From: Octopus sinensis
Taxonomy: Eukaryota
Direction of reading: 5' to 3'
Assembly (NCBI RefSeq): GCF_006345805.1
Contig: NC_043000.1
Coordinates: forward strand, 83,638,001-83,702,000
DNA: 64,000 nucleotides
Below, piece by piece: positions 50,701-64,000 of this stretch. Within the stretch, counting starts at the first letter, position 1. Each line of letters opens with the position of its first letter. Below the pieces are notes generated by a model. That model saw only the letters and a list, made by a program, of their open reading frames with translations. It was not told the origin of the DNA and did no database searches. Both the position numbers and the translations under genes were made by a program.

Positions 50701-53119
50701 ATACATATATACACATATATGTATACATACATATATATATGTATGTGTGTTTGTGTGTGTGTGTATCTTTATATATGTATGTGTGCACACATACATATAT
50801 ACACATATAAAAGAAAAATAAATGTGCCCTTTTAAAGCCTAGCCAGGCTCATGGTCCTGTTTTCCCGGTTTCTATGGCATATGTATTTCCCAGCTGGATG
50901 GGACGCCACTCCGTGGCAGCGTTACTCATTTTTTCCAGCTGAGTGGAATGGAGCAACGTGTTTTGCTCAAGAACACAATGTGTCGCCTGGTCCAGGAATC
51001 GAAACCACAATCTTACGATCATGATGCTCACACCCTAACCACTAAGCTACGTGCCTCCACATATACATATATAAGTACAATTAAACAGAAACCATTCAAC
51101 TTATTTTAAAGTTGAAAAAACAAATGTAAAAATGCCTTTAAAGTTTTAGTGTTTTTTCTCAGTCTCATCTCTTTTATCAGAAATGTGGAATTCAAAGCCA
51201 ATTATTTTGTTTTTTCATTTTAACAATGAAATAATTTTAAACTTAACAAAACAAAGAAACAACTAGATCTTGACGAAGTAAGTAATTAATAGTCCAAGAC
51301 TTAATCAGTTTCAAACATTAGCTTTATTATTTTGTAACTTCTATTATTCTTTTTCTCTTCTTGTGAAGACTGTTATTGCCTTTCTTCTTCCTTACATTTG
51401 ACATTTAATATTTCTAACTCAATACTACCATATTGTTTTCATTTCACATTTTTTACCACATCAATTACAATAAGTCTTATTTCACAATGCTTCATTGTTC
51501 ATTAAGAAAAAATATACAGAAAACAAATTAATATTGCATTAGAAACAATTAAATTCAATGATTTGGTTGTTTTTTCCCCTCATAAATAATTTGTATTATT
51601 TTTAATCAATAACTCTTAACAGAAATAACAATACACTCACCCAACATTTTCCCAGTTTTATATACAATGTTACTTTATATTATCAATGTGTTTACAGTAC
51701 ATTATATTACATCATCATTGTCATAATCATCATTTTAAAGTTCACTTTTCCATGCTTGCATGGGTTGGATGGAGTATATTTGAGGCAGATTTTCTACAGC
51801 TGAATGCCTTTCCTGTTACCAACCCCTACCTACAAGGTAATATTTCCCCATAGCTAGACATATTGTCACAGAATATTGGCAATGGATGACACTGCTTCTA
51901 TGACAGAGAGGTACTCATTTACAACTATCATGTGATATCAAGACATGGAGAACAAATACACACACACACAGACAATATATACTGGGCTTCGTTCAGTTTC
52001 TGTCAACAAAATTCACTCACAAGAATTTGGTCAGTCCAAGGCTATAGTAGAAAACACTTACCCAAGGTACTACACAGTGGGACTGAACACGGAACTGTGT
52101 AATTGGGAAGCAAACTTCTTACCACACAGCCACAACTGTGCCTACATATATTAACTAATATGTTGCACAAAGGTGATGAACTGCACTTTGTAAGTTCAAA
52201 CACCAGCCAGATATTATAGTGGAGTTGTTTTAATTTAAATCTAACATTTTAAAAATCATGCACAAATTTTCAGTATGCAGTATTGTTATAACCTGATGAC
52301 TTTTCTATGCGTTCCACACAAAATATCTGATGAATTCATATTCCTCTTCATTATAAACTGTTACATTTCTTTGTCGACATTTGATTTCCAAAACTTCCAT
52401 TCAACAACACCATACATTCTGGATTATTTCACTATTTTAAAATTAAAAAAAAAAACAGCACAGACAAAAAAAAAAAACCAACAAAAAACAATCTACTGCC
52501 TTTAAGCTATATTCTAAATATAATTTATAAGACATTCAATATGTGCTATCCATTCATTGAAAAAACAACAAAATTACTTGATGTATTTATAATAAAAAAA
52601 TTCCAGAAACAATGGCTGAGAACACTAAGCTAATATATCATTTAATAATGAAATCGCTCATAACTATGGCTTCACAAAACTGTATTATACAATGATATAC
52701 TTCCTCTGCCATAGCACACAGTTTTCAACATTTGCATGTAAGACATTGTGTGTACTTAACACACAATAGACAGCTAATGTCCTGTCTTGATAATACTGCA
52801 ATCAGATTCTCATATACCTAAAGATCAAATCCAATTACATACACACACACATTATATTCCTAATTACTTATGTATGTACATACATACATAAATACATACG
52901 TATATTTACACGTACATACACACACTCATGCATGCATGCATGTGTGCGTGCGTACGTACGTACATACATACATACCTACATATATACATACATACCTACA
53001 TATATACATACATACATACATACATAGTCAATGCTATTCTTGTTAAAGAATAATAAATATGTACTCTACAAGAGTATGGAGTAATCCTTTAACTTAATAT
53101 AAAACTATTTTTATCATAA

Positions 53120-54190
53120 TTGAACAGAAAAACAAGGAAGCTGTCAGTAAGGTGAAGGTTGGCAATGATTATAGAATAAATTTAGTGTACAAATAGGAGT
53201 TCACCAAAGATCAATTCTCAGTCCCCTTTTGTTCATCACATCCCTCCAGGCCATAATTGGAATTTAAATCAGGCTGTTCTTGGGAGTTCCTTTACACTGA
53301 TGACCTTGTTGTTATAGCTGTATCACCACCTGAACTAGAGAAAAAATTTCAGGTGTTGAAGCAAGGTCTGGGATCTAAGGGCCTTTGAGTCAATTTAAAC
53401 AAAAGTCCTAGTAGTAGAAAAATGGACAACTCTCAAATCCCTTCAGGGAGTTGACCCTGATCAATATGTAGGAAAGGTGTTAGTAGAAACTCCAGAAGAA
53501 GCTATGGATACATAAGAAGTGCAGTGGTATCACATGAAAGTTAACAGAAAAAGTAGTTTGTGCATGGCAGATGTGTAGGTAACACTAAGAATGTACACAG
53601 TATAGACTTCCTTAAATTCACAGGAGGATCCTTAGATGTTGTAGATAGCTTCCATTAGCTAGGCAACCAAGTTAACAGTGGAGAAGGAAGTTCTGAATTA
53701 CTAGTATAAGAACAGGCTGGGCAAAGTTGAGAGAGCTGTTACCTTTGTAGGTAACAAAGGGCCTCTCCCTAATAGTGAAAGGTAAATTGTATGATGCTTG
53801 AGTACATACAGCTATGTTCCATGGCTGTGAAACATGGGCTATGAATGAAGAGAACATGTAAAGGCTTGATAGAAGTGAAGTCAGCATCCTCTGCTGGATG
53901 GATAATGTCAGTGTGCATGTATGGCAGAGTAAATGACTTAAGAGAAAAAACTAGCATCAAATATAGTGTGCAAGAGAGAAGACTGTGCTGGTATGGTCAT
54001 GAGATGCATATGGATGAGGGCAGCTGCAGAAAAAAGAGCCAATCTCTAACTGTGGAGGGAACTTGTTAAAGGAGTAAACCTAGGAAGACATGGGATGAAG
54101 AGGTAGAAAAGGATGTTCAGATGTTGGGTCACACAGAGGTCATGACTGGGAACTGAGACTTCTGTTAGTTTGCTGTGCTTGAGAAAACAC
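53120..54190 (+). mobile_element. RTE LINE RT domain to 3' end, degenerate
   Basis: GVHQ.SILSPLLF, ELLY.DDL, AMFHGCETWAM, VQERRLCWYGHEMHMDE motifs. Confidence 0.88.
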
Positions 54191-54570
54191 ATCAAACTAC
54201 GTAAAACTGTGACTATCTTATACATACAGGTATGTCCTCTATGTCCCTCTCTCAGATGAGAGGTCCTTCTCTTGAGGGCTCATAGGTGCTGGTGTCACAT
54301 AAAAAACACTTGCTGGTGCCATGAAAAGCTGCTGTGCCAATGCCATGTAAAAGCACCTGTGCTAGTGCCACATAAAGCGCCCATGCTGGTGCCATGTAAA
54401 AAGCACCTACTACACTCTGTGAAATAGTTGGCATTAGGAAGGACATCCAGATATAGAAACAATGCCAAGTAGACAACTGGAACCTGGGCAGCTCCCCAGC
54501 TGCCCAGTTCCTATCAAATTGTCTTACCATACCAGTATGGAAAGTAGATGTTAAATGATGATGATGAAAT

Positions 54571-54616
<46 letters not shown>

Positions 54617-54875
54617 TACAATACTAATTACTTTCAAATCTGATTATACCAAATTAGACTAGAGTCTTGTACAGCCTTCCAGCTTGCCAGCCCTGGTTAA
54701 AAACCATCCAACTCATGCCACTATGGACAATGGATGTTAAATGAAAATGTATATAAATGAGATGTATTTAACATTTTGAGCCTATGCTCCTCTACAGAAA
54801 GAATAGATGAAGAAAGAAAACAGATGGAAAGAAAAGAATGTATGAAGAGAAAAAAACATATCTGAATATAGTATA

Positions 54876-54906
<31 letters not shown>

Positions 54907-55349
54907 ACAGATATACACTACAATATTAAAAAAAAATAACACTTTCCTCAAAATTTCTACCGAAAGCTTCATTTAAAACAGCACTAGAAGGTGTTACTTT
55001 GAACTATTCCTCACAATTCTTACTGAAAATGCATTATATTTGCTTACTTTAGTTTCTTAGCTCATAGAGCTGCTTTCAAATCATGCCATAGGAAAAAATA
55101 TCATTCTTCAAGAGAAGAAAGGATGTGAAGCAGACCAACCAACACACCCCATCCCTTAAAATACAGAAATCTCCAGGAAATAATGACATAAAAATGTTCT
55201 GTCATGTGTACACAAAACATTAGAATGAAATGTCTTGCTACCTACCTACATATCTATTTACTCCACCCATCTCTCTCTCACTCTCTCTCTCTGTATATAT
55301 ATATATATATATATAGAAAACACTTTCAAAATAATAATAAAGCAATATG

Positions 55350-55970
55350 CAGGCACCTCATACACACAGATAAACAAAGACATCTAATACACACACACAT
55401 AAACAGGCATATATGCACATAAACACAGACACTTAACACATATATAAACAGACAGCTAATATATATATATACATAAGCAAAGATTTTAATATACACATAA
55501 ACACACATGCATAAACAAAGAAATCTAATACAGACACATGTATAAACAGACATCTACTATATATGCAGAAATAAATAGAGACTTCTAATATATATACATG
55601 AATAGACACAGATGTCTACTATATGTACGCATATAAACACAGACATCTAATATATACACAGATATAGACACAGACATCTAATGTATACACATATATAAAC
55701 ACAGATGTCGACTATAGACATCTAATATATACACATGTCTAAACACAGACACCTACTATGTTTACAGATACAAACAAAGACATCTAGTATATGCACATAT
55801 ATAAACACAGACAACTAATACATACACACATATAAACTCACACACATAATACATACACATATAAACATATGTATCTAATACATATACACTATTAATACAC
55901 ACCAAATATATACACACATAAACATATATTTAATATTTACATGTACAATCACAGACATCTGATATATAGC
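55350..55970. repeat. ~27-bp minisatellite (atatacacatataaacacagacatcta)
   Basis: About 20 degenerate units. Confidence 0.8.
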
Positions 55971-57579
55971 CATATATGTAGTTGTGTAGTTAAGAAGTTT
56001 ATTTTCCAACTATATGGTTTTGGGTTCAGTCCCACTGTGTGGCACCTTCAGCAATAGCATTTCTGCAACTCCTGGCTGACCAAAGCCTTGTTAGTGGGTT
56101 TAGTAGATGGAAACTGAAAGAAGCCTAACGTGTGTGTGTGTGTATTAGTATCTCCTCGGCTTGACATGTTTTAATAGTTATTAAATGAGCATCACCTCCA
56201 CACAAACAGTGTCTTTTATTTCCAATCTCCTGTGAAAGTCTTTCTGGTCATGAGGAAATATAACTTTATTTTGGAGTTGGTGACAGGAAGGGGTATCCAG
56301 ATATTGAAATCTACCTCGGCAATATCCATCTGACCAATGCTAGCATGGAAAAATGGAAGTTACAACAATGACGATATAAACACACACACACACACACACC
56401 TAATATATACACAGCATTGGTAATAGAATAAGAACCAATACGTTCTCAGATGGATGGATGGATATCAATAATAGTGACATGTATCATCATATCCCAATAT
56501 TATCTTTTATTTTACTTGCATCCGTCATTAGGTTGTGGCCATGCTGGAGCACTGCCTTGAAGAGTGTTTTTATAGTTGAATCAATTGACCCCAGTACTTA
56601 ATTGTTTTAAAGCGTGATACTTATTTTATTGGTCTCTTTTGTCAAACTGATAAGTTACGGGGACATAAACATACCAACACCGGTTGTCAAGAGGTGGGGG
56701 ATGACCAAACACACATGTACACACACACATATACATACACACACACACACACATATATATATACACATATATATACATATATATATATATACTGTAATGG
56801 AGAAAGCTACTTATTAATTAGATATATAACAATTATTAAAAGAAAGCAATATTAAAAGCTTGCCCATCTGGAAATATTGTTATTAATTCATGTTCTAAGA
56901 AATTTCCTATAATTTTGATTTCTGAAGTTTACTGAATTTTTTTAAACTCCAAATTCCCACAAATTTAAATATTCATTGCATTCACTGCGTCCAATTCTTC
57001 ATAAATTTAAATATTCATTGCATTTACTGTGGAGTAGATTTTAATGTTTAATAATAAACACTATTAATTAATTGCAGACAACATTTTATGTTTTTATTTG
57101 CAACAGTCTCTCATTCTTGCTTGCCTCTATTTTCATTAATGATAATTTGATAATAGCCACATAACCTTGATATGAGACACAATTTCAAGAATATTATCAG
57201 TTTCCGGAGTTTGTTAAATGAATATTTTTGATAAAATGAAAATTTTTTAATATACTGTTATAATTTTTAAGTGATTTTGTGTTGAATGAATGTATGCTAT
57301 TACATAAAATAGCTGTATAATTTTGATACGAGAACAATTTCAAGAATATTATCAGTTTCCGGAGTTTGTTAAATGAATATTTTTGACAAAAGGAAGATTC
57401 TTTAATATATATGTATAATTTTTTTTCCTTTTTAAATGAAGTGATTTTGTTGTTATGGCTGCTTGGAACGCTATAAACCTCACAATAATAACTATGTGAT
57501 CGCTGCCATTTCTAGCAAGCCAAACAAGATAGTTTTTAACGAGCATTTATTTATATATCTTCAACGATGATGATGATGA

Positions 57580-58910
57580 TGATGATGATGAATATGCGAC
57601 TGGAAAAGAAAATTTAGCAGCAAAGGCATAACGACAGAGAGAAAGATGGGCAACTGAATCACGTGAAACCAGGGCAAAGCAACTGAAACAGATGTCTGAA
57701 TATGCACGGAGACGTGGACATGATTCTGTTTCTATTACACATTAGCGTATCTTGAGAGGAGAATATTCTACTTCAAAATAATGGTGTCAGATCACAAATT
57801 GTTGATGCAACACTAAAGAGATCTTTTCTTTGTGATCATGTGGAGGTAGTGGAGTTGACAACCAATCTAAGACTTCTTACAGAAAGTCATTCTGATGAAA
57901 GAGAGTTTGCTGATTACCTTCTTAATGTAGGAAATGGTGCATTTCTGTTTAACAAAGCCTAGGTGAATTCAAAATCAGACTACCCAATGACCTTTGCCTT
58001 GAAAATGGTACTCTTTCAGATCTATGTTATCTTGTATATGCTGACCTCAAAAATAACTTCACAAACCCTGAGTGGCTTGCAAATAGAACCATCATTACTC
58101 CAAAAAATGAAACAGCACAATTTGTGAATGATTTTCTGTTGACCAGGACCCCTGGTGAGCTAAAAATATACAGAAGCTCAGATACAGTTGATAATGAAAC
58201 TCTGTACCAAATCGAGTTCATCTACAAACTTATACTATCAGGGTTTCCACCATACATTCTCAAACTGAAGAAGAAACGATGCATAATGCTCCTGAGAAAT
58301 TTAGATGCTACAAATGGACATTGCAATGATATACACTACATCATTGTCAGTTTACAAGATCATGTTATTGAGGGTGAGGTTGTGTCTGGTCCTTATGCAG
58401 GATCAACACTACTAATCCCAAGAATACCACATATATCTCAAGAAATGGAATTTCCATTCACATTTACATGCAAACAATTTCCTGTCAAGCCAGCTTTTGC
58501 CTTGATGTGCAACAAGGCACAGGAACAAACTTTTGAACAAATTGGAATATATCTTCTGACACAGTTCTTCTCATATGGTCAGCTGTATGTTGCATTATCT
58601 GGAGTTTGAAAGAAGGCTAATGTAAAAATATTGGCTGAGAGAAATGGAAACAGTATGATTACTGACAATTGTGTCTACAAAGAGATACTACTTTAAAGCA
58701 AAATATGCTTTTTTGCAAGTTTCAGTAAATAGAATTAACACATAAATTAAATGTATAGCAACATATATTTGTGTGGAATTAAATTGTTTTGGCATATTTC
58801 AACACATGCCGAATGAATGATATTGTTATATTTGATCATTTTAAATTTGAGTATATTTGGAAAAGTAAGGAAATGCCATTCCCGTGTGTTCTCACAGCAT
58901 GGTCCATGAT
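57580..58910 (+). mobile_element. Helitron Rep/PIF1-helicase relic, internally deleted
   Basis: QIVDATLKRS...LTTNLRL...FADYLLNVGNG; IMLLRNLD...G.CN; PRIP...FTCKQFPVKPAFALMCNKAQEQT...GQLYVALSGV* (premature stop in motif VI), then CVYKEIL*. Confidence 0.9.
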
Positions 58911-59182
58911 CCCATGATTCAAAAAGCACTCAAGATATGTAAGACAAAATGGTTGGTGTTAGGAAAGGTATCCAACTGTAGAAGCCATGCCAAAGCAGAA
59001 CTTGGTGCAGTTTCTGGCTAGCCAGCTCTTGTCAAATTGTTCAATCCATGCCAGTATGGAAAATAGACATAAAATGATGATGATGATGATGATGATTAGC
59101 AACATATACACCAATATTAGTGGTACATATCAAAATATATTGGTATTAGTGATATATATATCATGATATAAGTTTAACTTAC

Positions 59183-59302
59183 AGCTATTGTTGTTGGGAT
59201 TTCCCGGAAATCATATTGATCCTTTTTTGGAAGCTTTTCTCCAGCCAACAATTCAAAAGTAGGTACCGTGCAAAACAACAATGAAATTAGGTTACGCAAT
59301 TT
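59183..59302 (-). CDS. TBC1D32: TBC1D32/BROMI exon 1 of 13 visible (phase 0-0)
   Basis: ttctattttgcag|KLRNLISLLFCTVPTFELLAGEKLPKKDQYDFREIPTTIA|gtaagt; resembles human [38 protein letters not shown]. Confidence 0.88.
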
Positions 59303-59832
59303 CTGCAAAATAGAAAAAAAATGCATATTAAATACCATAAAATGGAGTACCCTAACAAATGAATACTGGTTTCAAATTTTAGCACAAGGCCAGCAATTTT
59401 TGGGGAGAGAATAAGTTGATTACATTGATCCCAGCACTCAATAGGTATTTATTTTATTCATCCTGGAAGGAAGAAAAGCAAAGTCAACCTCGGAGGAATT
59501 GAAATTCAGAAAGTAAAAATAGACGAAATGCTGCTAAGCATTTTGCCCAGAGTGCTAACAATCCTGTCAGCTTGCTGCCTTTATCTTAGTTTCAAACTTT
59601 GGCACAAGGCCAGTAAGTTAGGGGGAGGGGTAAGTCAATTACGTTGACCCCAATACTCCACTGGCACTTATTTTATTGATCTCAAAAGGATGAAAGGCAA
59701 TGTCAACTTTGGCAGAATTTGAACTCAAAATGTAAAGACAGATGGAATGCTGCTATAAATTTTGTCTGGTGTGCTAACGATTCTGCCAGTTCACCACCTT
59801 TACCCTAACAAATAAATATCAAAACAAATATT

Positions 59833-60190
59833 AAACAAGAGCACTCTGAGAGCATAAACCTCCACTAAGGCAATATCAACGTCCTCTCAATGATTAGCCA
59901 GAGATGATTTTTTAAATGAGAATATCTGAAATAAACTCAACTGTTCTCACAAACTAAAATTAACCAGACTGCTCTCAAAAATTAAGTATAAAAAATGGTA
60001 AAATAATCCAGAATCCGTGTCCAGTACTGACTCGATCTCAAAATCTAATCAGTTCATGCCAGTCACAAGGTGAAACATCTCTGAAAGTTTCATCTGAATC
60101 CATCCAACGGTTCTTGAGATATCTTGTCCACAGATAAACAATCAAACAAACACAACTGAAAACAATACCTCCACCAAGGTGGAGGTAATT
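59833..60190 (+). mobile_element. Helentron-associated non-autonomous element (HINE/DINE-like)
   Basis: Starts aacaagagcactc...aacctccactaaggc; ends aaaacaat-acctccaccaaggtggaggt hairpin (60167-60186)-aatt. Confidence 0.6.
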
Positions 60191-61295
60191 ATTTAATACC
60201 ATAAAGGATATACTACATACTCTTAAACAGGGTACTTCAACCAATCTTGGTGATATATTGGATATAAATATATACAGCTTGCAAAAACTAGTCAGTCTCT
60301 TTTACTGCTCTACATAACAGTTACTTAGCAATTCTTCAAAATTCACTAACATACATATTCATAGTAGCCACCATACATCTGCTACATACGAGAAGGTCCT
60401 GATGCATCTATTTCTCTCTCTCTCACTCTAGCTGTCTCTGTATCTTTCTCTCTAACTCTATCTCTCCTTTCTTTTGATACTAGGGTAGCCAAGTATCTTC
60501 TCTACAGTAAGACACCTATCTCTATCCCTCACTTATACTCTACCCTCTCACCTAGCACAAAGCTACTTTCTTCACTTCCTCAGTTCCACCCCCTTTCCCA
60601 GCTGAGAGGTCTTCATCTTGCAAGTTACTTGGCGACCCCACTGGTGTTGGTGCCACATAAAATGTACCCCTGTAAAGTGGTTGGCATTAAGAAGGGCATC
60701 CAGCTGTAGAAACTATGCCAAAGCAGATAATGGAACCTGGTGCAGCTCTCTGGCTTGCCTAACTCCTGCCAAATAGTCCAAATCATACAATCATGGATGG
60801 CAAAATTAAATGATGATGATGATGATGATGATGGTGCTAATATGATCTGGTGGATTTGAACATGAATATCTGATTGCTGTTGTTTTTCATTATTGGAGAA
60901 TATCTCCCTCTTTTGATGATGTGTGCTCATAATACAAATGGTTAACCACTGTAAGAGTACTTTGAGACACCTTGTTGTGTGTTTACTCAGTCAAAGTTAC
61001 TCCAGTGGACTGATGAATCTAACAAGAGTATGGGGTCTCGTTTATGGAAATCAAACAAATTATTCTTTTCTATTTTAGGCACAAGGCCTGAAATTTTTGG
61101 GGAAGGGCCCAGTCAATTAGATCTACCCCAGTACACAATTGGTACATAATTTATCGACCCTGACCTCAGCGGAATTTGAACTTAGAACGTAAAGACAGAT
61201 GAAATACTGATAAGCATTTCACCCAGTGTGCTAACATTTCTGCCAACTTGCTGCCTTTTATTTGCTGATGTATGTTGATGTTTGCTAAACATCTT

Positions 61296-61533
61296 TAACC
61301 TTTTAACTGCAAAACTGAATTTCATGGTTATTTCAGTAATGATGTTATACTTCTACCAAAAATAGAATTGTTTATTTTCTGCAAGTCATGTTTTCTCAAT
61401 AGACTAGACATATCTCTTAACGAAAATAATTTCAAATATGACTTTCTTCAACAAAAGATAGACTGGTATATAAAACTGTTTTCCGCAAATAAGGATAATG
61501 AAATTTTGAGTGGATACATCTTATTTCAACAGT
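61296..61533. mobile_element. Probable piggyBac-type MITE (decayed)
   Basis: ttaaccttttaactg ... cagtaaaaaggtca imperfect TIRs. Confidence 0.45.
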
Positions 61534-61729
61534 AAAAAGGTCAGCATTCATTTGACAAAAAATTCACAGTAACTCTATTGTGCTTAAGATCAGTTATATT
61601 TGTTTTTCTCAACATTCTATGACTGGCTCTGCAATAAACAAAACAATCAAAACTATTTCTGCTGTCACTAAAATAAATCTAACATTGGTTAGCCTATATT
61701 AGTCATTATGAAAAGAGGATAATTTACCA

Positions 61730-61950
61730 AACCCTTTTGTTACTGTAATTCTATTGAAATACACTGCCTTTGTTACAATTTATTTTGAAAATGATGAAGA
61801 ATTTTGGAAAATGTCTGGCATTATTAAGCTGGTGCTTGAAACATAAATAAACATGAAATTTGATGGAAGGTTTTTATTCAGATCATTTTAGAACAAGAAG
61901 ATTGTATCATAGAACTAGGGCTGGTCGTAAGCTGGTTGGTAACAAAATTT
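61730..61950. mobile_element. Probable MITE (decayed)
   Basis: aacccttttgttac left end and ggtaacaaaa partial right end. Confidence 0.45.
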
Positions 61951-61989
61951 CAGCTTAAATCAACTTCTTGTATTTTTTTTTTATATTTG

Positions 61990-62700
61990 GCAGATGTCTT
62001 GTAATATTCTGAAGGAAACTGCTTCATCATCATTTCCTGTTTTCTCTGCCTGTGGCAGAATGTGCACCAACACGAGATATTTCTTGCTATAGTATTCAAT
62101 CTTTGGCAAGAGCATTCAGAGAAACTATGTCAAGGCCTGTCCATGCTGTGATGTTATCTTTCCATTTCTTAGATTGCCAACCTCTGTTTCTCTTTCCATT
62201 AATAGTACCTTCTTAACAGATCTTGCTGATGTCACCAACCATTCACTTAGTGTAGCCAAATAGTTTGAATACTTTATTTTCAATGACAGAGATTAATGGT
62301 AATTTGGTTATTTGCCTTAGATCTTCAATTCTGACATGGCCTGAGAGTTTGGTGTTGCATTACATGTTTCTGAAAGATTTCCAGTTCCTTTAGGACAACA
62401 AAGATCCTGTTAGCACATTCTTGACAATATAAAACTACTGGAGGAGTAAAGATATTGTAGATGCTTGATTTTGTGTGGGTTGGGATTTGTTTTGAAGTAA
62501 GCACAATTTTGTTCTTACTAAAGGCTGCCAAACCAAATTCAATTCCATGTTTCACAGCTATCATTCCATTGTTTTACAAAGAGAGTTTGTATCCAAGGTA
62601 GATGAATTCAGAAACTTGCTTTACTGGTTTGCTGTATATCATAAAGTTGAGGTCCAGATTAGATGTGTCTGTTGCCATGCATTCTGTCCTTGATATGTTG
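61990..62700 (-). mobile_element. RTE-like LINE RT C-terminal fragment
   Basis: KPVKQVSEFIYLGYKLS and GLAAFSKNKIVLTSKQIPTHTKSSIYN..PVVLY (ORF 62325-62564). Confidence 0.7.
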
Positions 62701-62949
62701 ATAGAAGTCTGAACCAAGTTTGAGCTAATTAGTAACAGTAATAACCAGTTATACTCTTAGACAAATACATAGAGAATATTTTGATTCCAAACTATGGAAT
62801 GAAAATCTGTCTTGAACTTCAAAATATGAAACTAATATACATTTTTTTCATTGATTAGAAATATTATTTTCTAAAATTGAGAAAGTATATGGATAGTCTC
62901 AGGTTCAATCCCTTGTAATGTCTACTTTAGAGGAAAGAGGAAATTTTTG

Positions 62950-63090
62950 CCTGTCATGGGCAATCTGCAGCCTGCAGGACTTTCTGAATGGTATGCCTAA
63001 CAAAAAGTTACCTTAAATTTTTTTAGCAGTGTATTGATGATGAACTATGTCTCATGTGGTCCACTTCTCAAAAATGGTTGCCCATGCCTG
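62950..63090. mobile_element. hAT-type MITE
   Basis: ctgtcatgggcaatc ... ggttgcccatgcctg TIRs; a related decayed copy lies near 39846-39966. Confidence 0.6.
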
Positions 63091-64000
63091 CTCTATGTGG
63101 TCAGTCAATCTGTTAGAAATAGCAACCAAATTCCCATCACACTGCATATTTAAAAAGAGGAGAACATACTGGATAATGTAGTCTTAGACGCACAAAACTT
63201 AAAAATTAGACAGGGTTCTGTTATTGGTTTCAACCAATAGGCTATGGCCATGCTGGGGCACCATTATGAATGGTCATGGTCAGAATACTTTCAGCATGGG
63301 ACTGAACTATGTTAAACAATCGCTTTATGTATAAAACAAATAAAAAGTAAATAAATGAAGGAGCTTTTATCTGGTCTTTGTAACAGCAACATAATTACCA
63401 AGGTCCCAGGTTGAATGCAGCTTTGCAGCACTTTGAGTATCTTCAACTGTAATGCAAGGCTGACCAAGTACCACGTGAGAGGAATTGGTAGAGAGAAACT
63501 GTGTAGAAGTTCCTTATATATATTTGTACATATTTATTAGTGAGAAAACTGATCACGTAGTGTCTATTGTGATATTTATATCACCTATGATGGTCAAATA
63601 ATCTCATCATTTTTATCATAATAAATAAAATGAACTAGTGTTTGGACTAAATGGACTGTATTGTAATCAATAATTCTATTATCTTTTATCATTTACTTGT
63701 TTCAGTCATTACACTGCAGCTGTACTGGGGCACCACCTCAGGGAACATTTTAGTCAAATGAACTTACTTCGGTACTTATTTTGTTAAGCCTAGTACTTAT
63801 ATTTTTAAAATCTTTTTTCTCTTTACCAAACCACTAAGTTACAGAGATGCAAACACACCAACACCAGTTGTCAAAAAGTAGTAGGACACACACACACACA
63901 CATGCGCACACGCACACACACACACACACGCACACACACTCACACACACACTTCTGTATATATATATATATATATCTTGGAGATTTTAGGTATAATTATA

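Noticed and set aside
42040-52400. Short peptides resembling N-terminal BROMI (42040-42170, ORF 43999-44274, LCSALSKVLGDKNW near 45250, YEFIRY near 52330)
   Set aside because: They sit inside the intron between two confidently adjacent exons, are out of order, lack good splice pairs, and the matches are at chance level.
55350-55970. Regularly spaced ~27-bp repeats as CRISPR-like
   Set aside because: Units are contiguous and degenerate with no unique spacers, no cas genes, and the context is eukaryotic.

Overview
AT-rich, microsatellite- and retroelement-dense animal genomic DNA. The SINE, RTE and Penelope repeat content looks like an octopus-type coleoid cephalopod genome (inference, no database search run). 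There are two convergent protein-coding genes. On + are the last two coding exons of EPG5 (708-917, 2982-3294). On - are the last 13 coding exons of TBC1D32/BROMI (59302 down to 8801; 1512 nt, 503 aa plus stop, every junction phase-consistent); its 5' part lies beyond the window. Gene identities rest on my recollection of the human protein sequences. Main points of interest: (1) a U12-type (minor spliceosome) GT-AG intron in TBC1D32 (15613-18901); (2) a 336-bp-arm inverted repeat (36105-36885) from a Penelope-like element, with a complete type I hammerhead ribozyme in each arm, plus a second intact hammerhead at 48636-48730, both having a copy in host pre-mRNA sense; (3) a near-perfect copy of one coding exon re-inserted in the last intron (order A-B-A'-C), which would act as a poison exon; (4) a Tx1-clade LINE sitting inside an (AAC/AAT)n microsatellite, with an internal deletion. 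The rest is SINEs, RTE, mariner/Tc1, Helitron and MITE relics. There are no CRISPR arrays, rRNA genes or true tRNA genes. Repeat coordinates are approximate unless exact termini are described.
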